From Nitrospinota bacterium (GTDB lineage: Bacteria; Nitrospinota; Nitrospinia; Nitrospinales; VA-1), in assembly GCA_038108555.1 (NCBI GenBank), contig JAYNIA010000002.1, positions 51,232 through 115,231 of the forward strand: 64,000 bases of DNA. The letters are read 5' to 3'. Position numbers and translations under genes: made by a program. Positions 9,464-18,132 of this stretch are shown here, one piece after another (the first letter of the stretch is position 1; every line of letters starts with the position of its first letter). Below the pieces are notes generated by a model. The model saw only the letters and a program-made list of their open reading frames with translations. It made no database searches and was not told the origin of the DNA.

Positions 9464-9587
9464 AATTTACCTCCTTTAGATCCATTCAAAAAAACGGCCC
9501 AAATTAATTCAAGCTCACAACCGGGGCGCAACTCCCGGCCGTGAGCTCTTAGATCCGGCTGGGGGTCACAGCCGAAAAAATAAATTT

Positions 9588-9977
9588 TTAATCATGCAGC
9601 ACAAATTCACCTGCCGTCTCCACAAAATAGTCACAGACAACTACAGCAAGATTTAAAGGGTCCACAGGTTTGGTGATCCATTCATAGATATTTAAGTTTT
9701 TCAACTCCATAGGAGCCACTAAATAAGGAAGCGAAGGAAGATAAATTACCTTCTCGCATTGTATGTTTGAAATTTGCCTTATAAAATCCAAGCCGGATTG
9801 CCCGGACAACTTGTCATCAACAATCACCAGATCATGAGCCCGGCACAGTTGATCCGGACAACCCTTTCCTGAAGAAAATTTTACTTCATGGCCAAACCTG
9901 GAAAGCATAATGGCCAGTCGCCCTCTCTCTTCGGGGTTAGTGTGAACAAGAAGAATTTTTTTGGGTGCAATCGTCAT
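9588..9977 (-). CDS. single-domain response regulator (atypical receiver)
   Basis: KKILLV, DLVIVDD, SGLDF, TKP; N-terminal acidic pair replaced by HT. Confidence 0.75.
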   Translation of the reverse strand: MTIAPKKILLVHTNPEERGRLAIMLSRFGHEVKFSSGKGCPDQLCRAHDLVIVDDKLSGQSGLDFIRQISNIQCEKVIYLPSLPYLVAPMELKNLNIYEWITKPVDPLNLAVVVCDYFVETAGEFVLHD

Positions 9978-9997
9978 ATTCGCCCTCAATGAAAAAA

Positions 9998-10273
9998 TTA
10001 AAGACTGTTAAGGCATCGTTTCAATGCTGAAATACTGCTGGAGTGGCAACGATCGACAGGAATATTTCTTTCCTTAGCCACCCGTACCGCTTCGGTCACC
10101 ATTGGGTGCGCCACGGTACCGGTAAAAATCAGAATTCGATTGACGCCATCCATCCGTCGAGCCATGTTGGGGATCCTTTGACTGAAAACCCTTGCATCAA
10201 AACCTCTGCTACGACACTCCTTTTCATAAGACCGTTTCAACCGATCCAACCCCCCAATAATGGCAACACTCAT
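9998..10273 (-). CDS. DUF2325 family protein
   Basis: MSVAIIGGLDRL...IFTGTVAH...AK..NIPV..CHSSS pattern. Confidence 0.8.
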   Translation of the reverse strand: MSVAIIGGLDRLKRSYEKECRSRGFDARVFSQRIPNMARRMDGVNRILIFTGTVAHPMVTEAVRVAKERNIPVDRCHSSSISALKRCLNSL

Positions 10274-10303
10274 AATTCATCTCCCGAATATCTATACTTG
10301 AAA

Positions 10304-10320
10304 TTGATTATTATTCTCAA
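10304..10320. promoter_or_regulatory. Fur box upstream of the DUF2325 gene
   Basis: TTGATTATTATTCTCAA. Confidence 0.65.
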
Positions 10321-10353
10321 AATTTAAATAAGCAAAATTTTTTTAACTACTTG

Positions 10354-10599
10354 TTAGCACACTGCAGCAAATGAAGCCTTATCCGCATCCAATAAACGGG
10401 TTACCTCTTTAGCTTCTCTTAATTTCACAATTTTTCCATGATTCTTTAACCGGATTGAAGCACCCCCACCACATTTATTCATACACTCAACCATGCAAAC
10501 CTCTCCAGAGCCCGGCATCTTCTTTAATAAATTTGCCATTTTTTCTGATTTCCAGGCTTTGCATCCTGGGCCTTTGCAAATTTTTATTTTTTTTGTCAT
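10354..10599 (-). CDS. thioredoxin-like [2Fe-2S] ferredoxin domain protein
   Basis: IKICKGPGC ... CMNKCGGG (CX4C...CX3C). Confidence 0.75.
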   Translation of the reverse strand: MTKKIKICKGPGCKAWKSEKMANLLKKMPGSGEVCMVECMNKCGGGASIRLKNHGKIVKLREAKEVTRLLDADKASFAAVC

Positions 10600-10613
10600 G
10601 GAGAAAATCCTTA

Positions 10614-10657
10614 TTGATAACGAATATCAATATAGTGTTTTTACCCTCTTTTGTCAA
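10614..10657 (-). promoter_or_regulatory. Fur box overlapping a sigma70-like promoter of the ferredoxin gene
   Basis: TTGATAACGAATATCAA 10614-10630; minus strand TTGACA (10657-10652), 17 nt, TATATT (10634-10629). Confidence 0.75.
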
Positions 10658-10777
10658 CCCTGGATTCAAACTTTTTTTCAACGTTTTAATGCAATAAAAA
10701 CAATAAGTTATACTAATTTTGTTTTTCAACCTTGTTTTTTATTTTAATTTTATTGTATATTTGCGCAAATTTTGATT

Positions 10778-10794
10778 TTGATAACTGTTTTCAA
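10778..10794. promoter_or_regulatory. Fur box upstream of fur (autoregulation)
   Basis: TTGATAACTGTTTTCAA ending 9 nt before ATG 10804. Confidence 0.7.
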
Positions 10795-10803
10795 AAACTA
10801 GCT

Positions 10804-11229
10804 ATGCTTAATGAATTTGATATATTCAAGGATTTCCTCCATCACTTGAATCTGCGCTGGACACCGCAAAGAAAACTGATTCTGGAAGTTTTCCTGCAAT
10901 TGGAAGGCCACATTCCCATTGAGGATCTTCATAAAAGAGTCCATCAACAGGACCCGACGATTGGCATTGCAACTTTATATCGAACGATGAAGTTACTCGT
11001 AGACGCGGGTCTCGCGGATGTCCATACCTTCAATGAGAAGACCACTTACGAACGACTCTATAAAGTCAGGCATCATGATCACTTAATTTGTACTAACTGC
11101 GGAAAGATGGTCGAATTTGAACATCCTCTCATTGAGAAATATCAACTGGATGTTTGTGAGCGGCATGACTTTACTTTAAAAAGCCATAGAATGGAATTGT
11201 TTGGAACTTGCAGAGAATGCCAAAAATAA
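10804..11229 (+). CDS. fur: ferric uptake regulator Fur
   Basis: LRWTPQR, IGIATLYRTM, HHDHLICTNCG, C-terminal CREC. Confidence 0.92.
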   Translation: MLNEFDIFKDFLHHLNLRWTPQRKLILEVFLQLEGHIPIEDLHKRVHQQDPTIGIATLYRTMKLLVDAGLADVHTFNEKTTYERLYKVRHHDHLICTNCGKMVEFEHPLIEKYQLDVCERHDFTLKSHRMELFGTCRECQK

Positions 11230-11270
11230 AAGCCCCTTTTCACTCATACAAAAAAGTAAAAAGGGGCTTT
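11229..11270. terminator. bidirectional terminator between convergent fur and bfr
   Basis: AAAGCCCCTTTT (11229-11240) / AAAAGGGGCTTT (11259-11270). Confidence 0.65.
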
Positions 11271-11287
11271 AGAAAACTGCTGAATTT

Positions 11288-11767
11288 TTAATTATTGTCT
11301 TTACTCATATTTTCCATCATGTAGTTTTTGATGCCGATATCCTTGATGCGGTTGAATTGAGTTTCCAGCCAATCAACACTATCTTCAGTTTCTTGAAGAA
11401 TTCCATCTAACATCTCTTTCGTTCCGAAATCATTTTTATCCATACAAGTTCTGATATGCTTTCGCAAACGAGTTACATGGGCCAGCTCAATTTTATATTG
11501 ATTCTTCAATTGAGCTTCCACCGTGTTGCCAACCAATACCGTATCGTACTTTTGCATATCAGGAGCTCCATCGAGAAAAATAATTCTCTCAATTAACTGA
11601 TCTGCATGCTTCATTTCACCCATGGACTCTTCACGGGAATGACTGGCTATTTTTTCATAGCCCCAATCTTCCTGCATTTTGTAATGGATATAATAGATAT
11701 TGATTGCGGTTAACTCAGCCATCAACACATCATTCAAGGCTTTGATTACTGCTTTATCGCCTTTCAT
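11288..11767 (-). CDS. bfr: bacterioferritin
   Basis: MKGD, ELTAIN, EESMGEMKHAD (heme-ligand Met present), IG.KNY. Confidence 0.93.
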   Translation of the reverse strand: MKGDKAVIKALNDVLMAELTAINIYYIHYKMQEDWGYEKIASHSREESMGEMKHADQLIERIIFLDGAPDMQKYDTVLVGNTVEAQLKNQYKIELAHVTRLRKHIRTCMDKNDFGTKEMLDGILQETEDSVDWLETQFNRIKDIGIKNYMMENMSKDNN

Positions 11768-11886
11768 ATTTTTTATACCTCCAAAAAGATTTTTTTAATT
11801 CATTAACCTGTCCTACTTGACAATCTACCAGATCTCAAAATCCTGTCAACCCCTTTATTTATAAATACTTACGGGTGATAACTACA

Positions 11887-11903
11887 TTGAGAACCGATAT
11901 CAA
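11887..11903. promoter_or_regulatory. Fur box upstream of the bfr promoter
   Basis: TTGAGAACCGATATCAA; candidate bfr -35 TTGACA at 11849-11844 on the minus strand. Confidence 0.6.
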
Positions 11904-12000
11904 TTTAATGCAAATTGGAAAAATTGGATGGTGCACTTCTGCTAAAGGAAGCTTAATTATAGGGAGAGAAGAGACAGGTCTTTTTACAGAAAAAAATTAA

Positions 12001-12017
12001 ATGATAAGTGTTATCAA
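12001..12017. promoter_or_regulatory. Fur box, distal to bfr
   Basis: ATGATAAGTGTTATCAA. Confidence 0.55.
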
Positions 12018-12040
12018 AAATAACTGCTGGAAAGTAAAAA

Positions 12041-12805
12041 TTAAAATTGGGTTCTACCATCCAGACGGGTCATCACATCGACCCCGGTATCGGTAACACA
12101 GAGGGTGTGTTCGAACTGGGCAGAGATTTCGCCATCTTTTGTAACAGCGGTCCATTTATCGGATAGGATTTTTAGATCGGGTTTACCCAGATTCACCATC
12201 GGTTCAATGGTGAACACCATCCCCTTCTTTATCTCTAATCCTTCCCCAAAATTTCCATAGTGAAGGATTTGCGGTTCTTCGTGAAAGTTACTTCCGATTC
12301 CATGCCCGCAAAACTCCCGGACAATCGAATAGCCATGGCCTTCTGCAAAGTTTTGAATGGTGGCTCCAATATCTCCCAGCCTGGCACCAGGTTTAACCAC
12401 TTCTATTCCACGCTGCAATGCTTCTTTGCATACCTCCACCAGTTTTTCCGCCTTTTTTCTCGGAGATCCAACGAAAAAGGTGCGGCTGGTATCGCCATGA
12501 AAACCGTGTAAATAGGTGGTGATGTCCAGATTGACAATGTCCCCATTTCGCAGTTTTCTATCGGAAGGAATGCCATGGCAAATTTCCTCATTGACCGATG
12601 AACAAATACTTTTCGGGAATCCACGGTAATTTAAGGGGGAAGGAATAGCCCCTTTGGCAACAATATAGTCGTGGCAAATCTGGTTCAACCTGTCGGTTGT
12701 CACTCCAGGTTTCACATAGGGTTCGATCATCAATAGAACCTCTGCCGCCAGTTGGCAGGATTCCCTCATTTTTTCTATTTCTTCCTCGGTTTTATAATGA
12801 ATCAT
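12041..12805 (-). CDS. map: methionine aminopeptidase type I
   Basis: FPKSICSSVNEEICHGIP, GHGIG..FHEEP, FTIEPM, SAQFEHT. Confidence 0.96.
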   Translation of the reverse strand: MIHYKTEEEIEKMRESCQLAAEVLLMIEPYVKPGVTTDRLNQICHDYIVAKGAIPSPLNYRGFPKSICSSVNEEICHGIPSDRKLRNGDIVNLDITTYLHGFHGDTSRTFFVGSPRKKAEKLVEVCKEALQRGIEVVKPGARLGDIGATIQNFAEGHGYSIVREFCGHGIGSNFHEEPQILHYGNFGEGLEIKKGMVFTIEPMVNLGKPDLKILSDKWTAVTKDGEISAQFEHTLCVTDTGVDVMTRLDGRTQF

Positions 12806-13700
12806 GCGGATAAATGAATTCTTTAATGGATTGCTTCTTGTCGCGCCAGTTGGGTTTAACCTTTACAAAAAGTTTTAGATACACTTGAGCTCCCAAACGT
12901 TTCTCAATTTCTTTTCTGGATATCCTCCCTATGGACTTAAGCATATTCCCCCCCTGCCCTATCAATATTTTTTTCTGTGAATCTTTTTCTGTATAAAGGG
13001 TGCCATGGATTTTTACCACACCGTTGGCCTGTTCTTCCATATTTTCTACCACAACAGCTACGGAATGAGGCACTTCAAACCGGGTCAGGCTCAAAACTTT
13101 TTCCCGAATAATCTCCTCCAGCAAAAAGCTTTCGGTGCAATCGGTCACCATATCTTTTGGGAAATACTCAGGCCCTTCAGGCAAATACTTCACAATTAGA
13201 TTTTTTAGCGGTTTCATTCCGTCATCTTTCAACGCAGAAACCGGTATGATTTCCTTAAAAACAGCTCTTCCATCAGCCTCAGCCATTAACGAAAGAAGCT
13301 TTGGCTTTTCTACCAGATCGATCTTATTAATGACCAGAATTTTGGGAACGGAAGTATTCTCCATTGATTTTAGAACAAACTCATCTTCTTGCATAAACCC
13401 GTCGACTGCATCAATCAAAACCAAAATCAAATCGACATCGTCATAGGTGCTTATCGAGGTCTGCACCATTAATTCGTTTAACGTCCTTGTTGTGGCATGG
13501 ATACCTGGAGTATCCACCAAGATTATTTGGGCATCCTCCAGATGGACCACCCCTGTAATTTTATTTCGGGTAGTCTGCGGACGGTTGGATGTTGCTGCCA
13601 CCTTTTGGGCAACCAAACGGTTCAACAGGGTGGATTTTCCAACATTGGGACGACCAATGATGCTGGCATAACCTGATTTGAAAGTAACGGGATGACTCAC
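12792..13700 (-). CDS. era: GTPase Era
   Basis: GRPNVGKSTL, PQTTRN, DTPGIH, NKID, KH domain IGQGG; probable GTG start at 13700. Confidence 0.95.
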   Translation of the reverse strand: MSHPVTFKSGYASIIGRPNVGKSTLLNRLVAQKVAATSNRPQTTRNKITGVVHLEDAQIILVDTPGIHATTRTLNELMVQTSISTYDDVDLILVLIDAVDGFMQEDEFVLKSMENTSVPKILVINKIDLVEKPKLLSLMAEADGRAVFKEIIPVSALKDDGMKPLKNLIVKYLPEGPEYFPKDMVTDCTESFLLEEIIREKVLSLTRFEVPHSVAVVVENMEEQANGVVKIHGTLYTEKDSQKKILIGQGGNMLKSIGRISRKEIEKRLGAQVYLKLFVKVKPNWRDKKQSIKEFIYPHDSL

Positions 13701-13796
13701 AAGCAATGGATGAAAAAGAATTTTTTCACAAAAACGGGTTTCCTGTGTAAGATTGAATTCTGTTATCGGGACAATATTTTCTTCTAAGATTTTACC

Positions 13797-14930
13797 ATGA
13801 ACCTGGGAATATACCTCCACATTCCATATTGCCTGCATAAATGTGGCTATTGCGATTTTAACTCTCACCCCGAAAATCGGGAAGAATCTGTCCCTTATGT
13901 AGAAGCTTTATTAAAGGAATTGAGGGCCTACTCTCCCTCGCTTAAAAACTATACCGTCCCAACCGTTTTTATGGGAGGGGGGACACCCACGATACTTTCT
14001 CCCCAACAATTAAAACAGATTCTGGAAACCGTTCAGGATTATTTTAATTTAGATTCTGATTGCGAAATCACAATTGAAGCGAATCCAGCAACCATCAAAC
14101 TAGACACTTTACAGGAAATTCGTTCGGCCGGATATAACCGTATCAGCATTGGCGTTCAATCCTTTGATGAAAAAGAACTGCAATTACTTGAACGGGTGCA
14201 TAACGAAGAAGAAATCCATTCAACAGTGGAACGGGCCCGGTTAGCCCAATTCAAAAACCTTTCCCTGGATCTTATGTTTGCCTTGCCGGGTCAAACAACA
14301 GAAAAATGGCTTTCCAATCTCGAACAGACCATTAACAAAAACCCGGACCACCTTTCGACCTATAATCTTACGATTGAACCTGCCACCGCATTTTTCAAAC
14401 TCCATGAAAGAGGTAAATTATGCCTGCCTCCAGAAGATACTCAACTGGAAATGTACGAAACTTCTATTCAAACTCTTGAAGAGGCGGGTTACCTGCAATA
14501 CGAAATTTCAAATTTTTCCAAACCTGGAAGAGAGTCCAAACACAACATTAATTACTGGAACAATGGAGAGTATCTTGGAGTGGGCGCGGGAGCCTCGTCC
14601 TACCTGAATGGTGAAAGGTTCACCAACACCAAACTACCTTCAGTTTATATTCGCGAAATTGAAGCAAATGAAAATGCGATTGCAACTCGGGAGCGATTGG
14701 AACCCATTCGGGCGATGGGTGAAACTCTTATGCTGGGACTCAGGCTTCTCAAAGGGGTTTCTATAGATATATTCGAAAAACGTTTTCAGGTCTCTTTCCA
14801 AAAAGTGTATGGCAACGTCATCGAGTCATTACTCTCTCAAGAGCTCATCACCTTCAATCAAAACCGTGTGGCCTTATCCAAAAAAGGATTATTTTTGGCC
14901 GACTCGGTTATCCTCCGGTTCATGGCGTAG
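13797..14930 (+). CDS. hemW: radical SAM heme chaperone HemW (HemN-like)
   Basis: YLHIPYC..KCGYCDFN, GGGTP, YEISNF, HNINYW. Confidence 0.9.
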   Translation: MNLGIYLHIPYCLHKCGYCDFNSHPENREESVPYVEALLKELRAYSPSLKNYTVPTVFMGGGTPTILSPQQLKQILETVQDYFNLDSDCEITIEANPATIKLDTLQEIRSAGYNRISIGVQSFDEKELQLLERVHNEEEIHSTVERARLAQFKNLSLDLMFALPGQTTEKWLSNLEQTINKNPDHLSTYNLTIEPATAFFKLHERGKLCLPPEDTQLEMYETSIQTLEEAGYLQYEISNFSKPGRESKHNINYWNNGEYLGVGAGASSYLNGERFTNTKLPSVYIREIEANENAIATRERLEPIRAMGETLMLGLRLLKGVSIDIFEKRFQVSFQKVYGNVIESLLSQELITFNQNRVALSKKGLFLADSVILRFMA

Positions 14931-14933
14931 ATT

Positions 14934-15716
14934 ATGAGTACCGAATTCAAAAAACTGATTGAAATTGTGGACACTCTGATGGGAGAAAACGGCTGCCCCT
15001 GGGATAAGGTGCAAACCCGGGATTCCCTAAAGCCCTACCTGGTAGAGGAGACATACGAAACCCTAGAAGCGTTGGACGGCAATGATCCCGAGCAGATCAA
15101 GGAAGAGTTGGGTGACTTGCTTTACCAGATTTTGTTCCACGCAAAAATTTCCGAAAATAAAAAAGAATTCAATATCACAGATGTCATTAATTCCATCAGC
15201 GAAAAAATGGTTCACCGGCACCCTCACGTCTTCAAAGAGAAAAACCTTGAAACCCCTGATGAAGTTGTAACTCAATGGGAAGAGATCAAAAGCAGGGAAA
15301 AAGGGAAAAAGGACCGGGAGTCAGTGCTGGACGGTATTCCCTCTCACCTGCCAAGTTTGTTGCGTTCGCAAAAACTCCAGAAAAAAGCAGCTAAGCATGG
15401 ATTCGATTGGGACAAAATCGACTCGGTCTTCGAGAAACTTGACGAAGAGATCGCCGAGTTTAAAGAGGCCATTCTTTCAGGAAAAGAAAAAGACATCACA
15501 GAAGAGCTGGGGGATATTCTTTTCGTCCTGGTCAATATCGCCAAATTCAAAAAAATCGATGCCGAAGAAGCGTTACGCACCACCAACAACAAATTTATAA
15601 AGCGATTTCAGCATATTGAAACCGAAGTCGCCAAACGCGGCAAAACTCTAAAAGAAACTCCCCTCAAAGAACTCGAACAATACTGGCAGGATGCCAAGCG
15701 GCCAAACGGCCCCTAA
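14934..15716 (+). CDS. mazG: nucleoside triphosphate pyrophosphohydrolase MazG
   Basis: GCPWDKVQT, EETYE, EELGDLL, RHPHVF, second EELGD. Confidence 0.95.
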   Translation: MSTEFKKLIEIVDTLMGENGCPWDKVQTRDSLKPYLVEETYETLEALDGNDPEQIKEELGDLLYQILFHAKISENKKEFNITDVINSISEKMVHRHPHVFKEKNLETPDEVVTQWEEIKSREKGKKDRESVLDGIPSHLPSLLRSQKLQKKAAKHGFDWDKIDSVFEKLDEEIAEFKEAILSGKEKDITEELGDILFVLVNIAKFKKIDAEEALRTTNNKFIKRFQHIETEVAKRGKTLKETPLKELEQYWQDAKRPNGP

Positions 15717-15757
15717 TAATGACTCCTCAACTGAATGATCTAAAAAAATAGGTCGAA

Positions 15758-15825
15758 ATTGTGAGCAAAGCGAAGCAATCCAGAAAACCTGGATCGCCGC
15801 ACTCCCTACGGTCGTTCGCGATGAC
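15758..15825. repeat. intergenic palindromic (REP-like) repeat element
   Basis: GCGAAGCAATCCAG...CTGGATCGCCGCACTCCCTACGGTCGTTCGCGATGAC; right arm recurs at 53222-53297; lies between convergent genes. Confidence 0.65.
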
Positions 15826-15867
15826 AATTTTTTGCAGCAGGGATTTTGTTTTGAGGTGATGCAGCCA

Positions 15868-16788
15868 TCAGGATGGGTTTAACGCCTTATCAATTTCAAT
15901 ATTGATCTCAGTTAAAATCACGTCCGGGTTCACATTGTGCATACTTGCGGTCTGTTCGACCGTTTCGAAGGCCTGCCCGGGACAAGAAAAACAACCTTCT
16001 CCATAATGCTTTTCAAAGATTTTTTTTGTTGCCGGATAAACCTTTATCAGACTTCCCACCCAAGTGTCTGCCCGACATTTTTCTCCATGACTGATTTCCC
16101 TTCCGGGATTGGAATATTCATTTTTTGAAGGTGGAGAGTCTTGAGAAGCAGATGTTTGTCCTTCCTTGACAAGTTCTACGTTTAGTTTCTCTAAAAAAAC
16201 ATTTACATCCACCCCATGCTTTGCGCAGGCTTTTTCAATGCTCACCACCTTGGCGAAAGTATTTCGGGCTGCAGGATTCGCCAAAGACTGGAATCCACTC
16301 TCCAGAAACAGGGATAGTGCTTTTGGAAAATGGTCCAACACATCCGCAACTTTCAAATCTCCGGTAATTTTCTCAGGCTTGGGAATTTCCGCAGGAGCCA
16401 ACAAAACAAAAAACAAGTTATAAAACATGATTGCAAACGCCAAAGCGGCCAGGATTGCAAAAACCACAAATGCAGCGTGTGCCATTCCACCGCGCCAGCC
16501 TCCCAATGCATAAAGGGTTATCATTCCTAACAACCCCGTGTTTTGTAATATGAATTGATATTTCATTCCTTCGGGCCAGGGAAGTTTTCTAGCGCTGAAA
16601 CGGGGTAAAACATGAAAAGCAACACCCGCAATCATCATAGTCATAAACCCAAGCAGGTTTATATGGATATGAACAAAGCGGAATCGGAAGGAAAGGGAAG
16701 GATCAACGGCCAGGGTAACTCCCAGCAGGGCACCCAGCAAAGCATAGATTAATCCGGCCTTAATAAATAATCGAGGGTAATTGTCCAT
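15868..16788 (-). CDS. 4-TM His-containing membrane domain fused to two DUF1858-like domains
   Basis: TM helices with HIHINLLGF and HVLPRF; then KVADVLDHFP...SIEKACAKHGVD and CFSCPGQAFETVEQTASMHNV. Confidence 0.7.
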   Translation of the reverse strand: MDNYPRLFIKAGLIYALLGALLGVTLAVDPSLSFRFRFVHIHINLLGFMTMMIAGVAFHVLPRFSARKLPWPEGMKYQFILQNTGLLGMITLYALGGWRGGMAHAAFVVFAILAALAFAIMFYNLFFVLLAPAEIPKPEKITGDLKVADVLDHFPKALSLFLESGFQSLANPAARNTFAKVVSIEKACAKHGVDVNVFLEKLNVELVKEGQTSASQDSPPSKNEYSNPGREISHGEKCRADTWVGSLIKVYPATKKIFEKHYGEGCFSCPGQAFETVEQTASMHNVNPDVILTEINIEIDKALNPS

Positions 16789-16835
16789 TTTAGTTAGATA
16801 TTAAATTAATAAAAATATTCCATGGTTATTAAAAA

Positions 16836-17972
16836 CTAATTTATTGGATAAGCCCTTCCCCGCCATTGGGTCTTTCTTCGTACAAGTGCATGGAACATTG
16901 AATTTGCCATTATAGCTGCCATTATCACCGCCCCCAAGGGGAATAAGGCTGCCGTATTTCTATTTAATCCTAATTCATCGCATGTTTTGTATCCTGCGGC
17001 AGAAACCATAATCACTCCAGCAACTGACAAACCAATCCAGACCCAACCGGTTTGCTGAAAAATATTTATTGCCAAAATAATGTAAGGAGTGAGCAAAAAT
17101 CCAAGCACTACACAAACATGGTGGATGGCTTTGGCTACAGACCGCTTCATAGCCAGAAACATATTTTTTTCCCAGCCCAACCAGATTTCTTTCAACCCAT
17201 AATACATCCTGATAGAAAATAATTGCTTTGCATCGGCAACGAGCAATTTGAGTCCTGCCTTTTTGGCCCGTTTAGCGATCAATACATCTTCCAGAACATC
17301 TGCCCTCCCAGCTTCATGGCCGCCAATTTTTTCGTACGCCTCGCGTCGGAACATCAGAAATGCCCCAAACCCCATAGCGCTTTTATGTTCGGGATCATTA
17401 ACATTTTTAAATCGTGTTAATGAAGCGATGAACCCAAAAATAACGGGCTGGACCGCGCGCTCCCAAAATGAGCCAAATTCTGCCTGGGGCATTAAGGTCA
17501 ACACATCCAGTTCCCTTTCACGCATGGTATGCAACGCGGTATTAAGTGCTGAAGGTTTGAAAACCGGATCAGCATCTGTAAAAAGCAAATATTCCCCTTG
17601 AGCAATTTTAAAAGCCTGATGCAACGCAAAAGGTTTTCCCAACCATCCCTCCGGCAAATCTTCTCCTTCAATCACTTTAAGATGGGAATTTTTTTCAGCA
17701 AGGTCGTGCATGATTGTTCCTGTGCGGTCGGTTGAATGGTCATTCACTGCAATAATCTCGAAATTGGGGTAATCTTGCATTAGCAAGGACTGCAAGCAAG
17801 CACCAATACCCCTTTCTTCATTTCGAGCAGGAACACAAACAGAAATTTTTGGTGGATCAATTATTGGCTTTGACACTGGCTGAAGCCGTACCAGATACAC
17901 CATGTTTGCTGTTAAGTAAATGATGACAGCAACAATCAATATTTGTTGAAAAAGGGTTAAAATTTCTAACAA
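16836..17972 (-). CDS. membrane glycosyltransferase family 2 (HpnB/CrtQ-like)
   Basis: VPARNEE, DHSTD, PEGWLGK, FTDAD, LEDV, WRGR. Confidence 0.85.
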   Translation of the reverse strand: MLEILTLFQQILIVAVIIYLTANMVYLVRLQPVSKPIIDPPKISVCVPARNEERGIGACLQSLLMQDYPNFEIIAVNDHSTDRTGTIMHDLAEKNSHLKVIEGEDLPEGWLGKPFALHQAFKIAQGEYLLFTDADPVFKPSALNTALHTMRERELDVLTLMPQAEFGSFWERAVQPVIFGFIASLTRFKNVNDPEHKSAMGFGAFLMFRREAYEKIGGHEAGRADVLEDVLIAKRAKKAGLKLLVADAKQLFSIRMYYGLKEIWLGWEKNMFLAMKRSVAKAIHHVCVVLGFLLTPYIILAINIFQQTGWVWIGLSVAGVIMVSAAGYKTCDELGLNRNTAALFPLGAVIMAAIMANSMFHALVRRKTQWRGRAYPIN

Positions 17973-18132
17973 TGTTAAGTTCTATTCCTAAAATAATTTG
18001 AGTCGTTGTTTTTATCCCCATTAAAAAAGAAAAAAAAGAGGATGCATTTAGAATAATTTGTTATCCTTATTAAAGAAACAAAATCTGTTTTTTCCTACTA
18101 GTTTTTAAATCGTTCCAAATCCCCTTTTTACC

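Noticed and set aside
13701..13868. N-terminal extension of Era
   Set aside because: Overlaps the divergent hemW start; Era homology begins near GTG 13700
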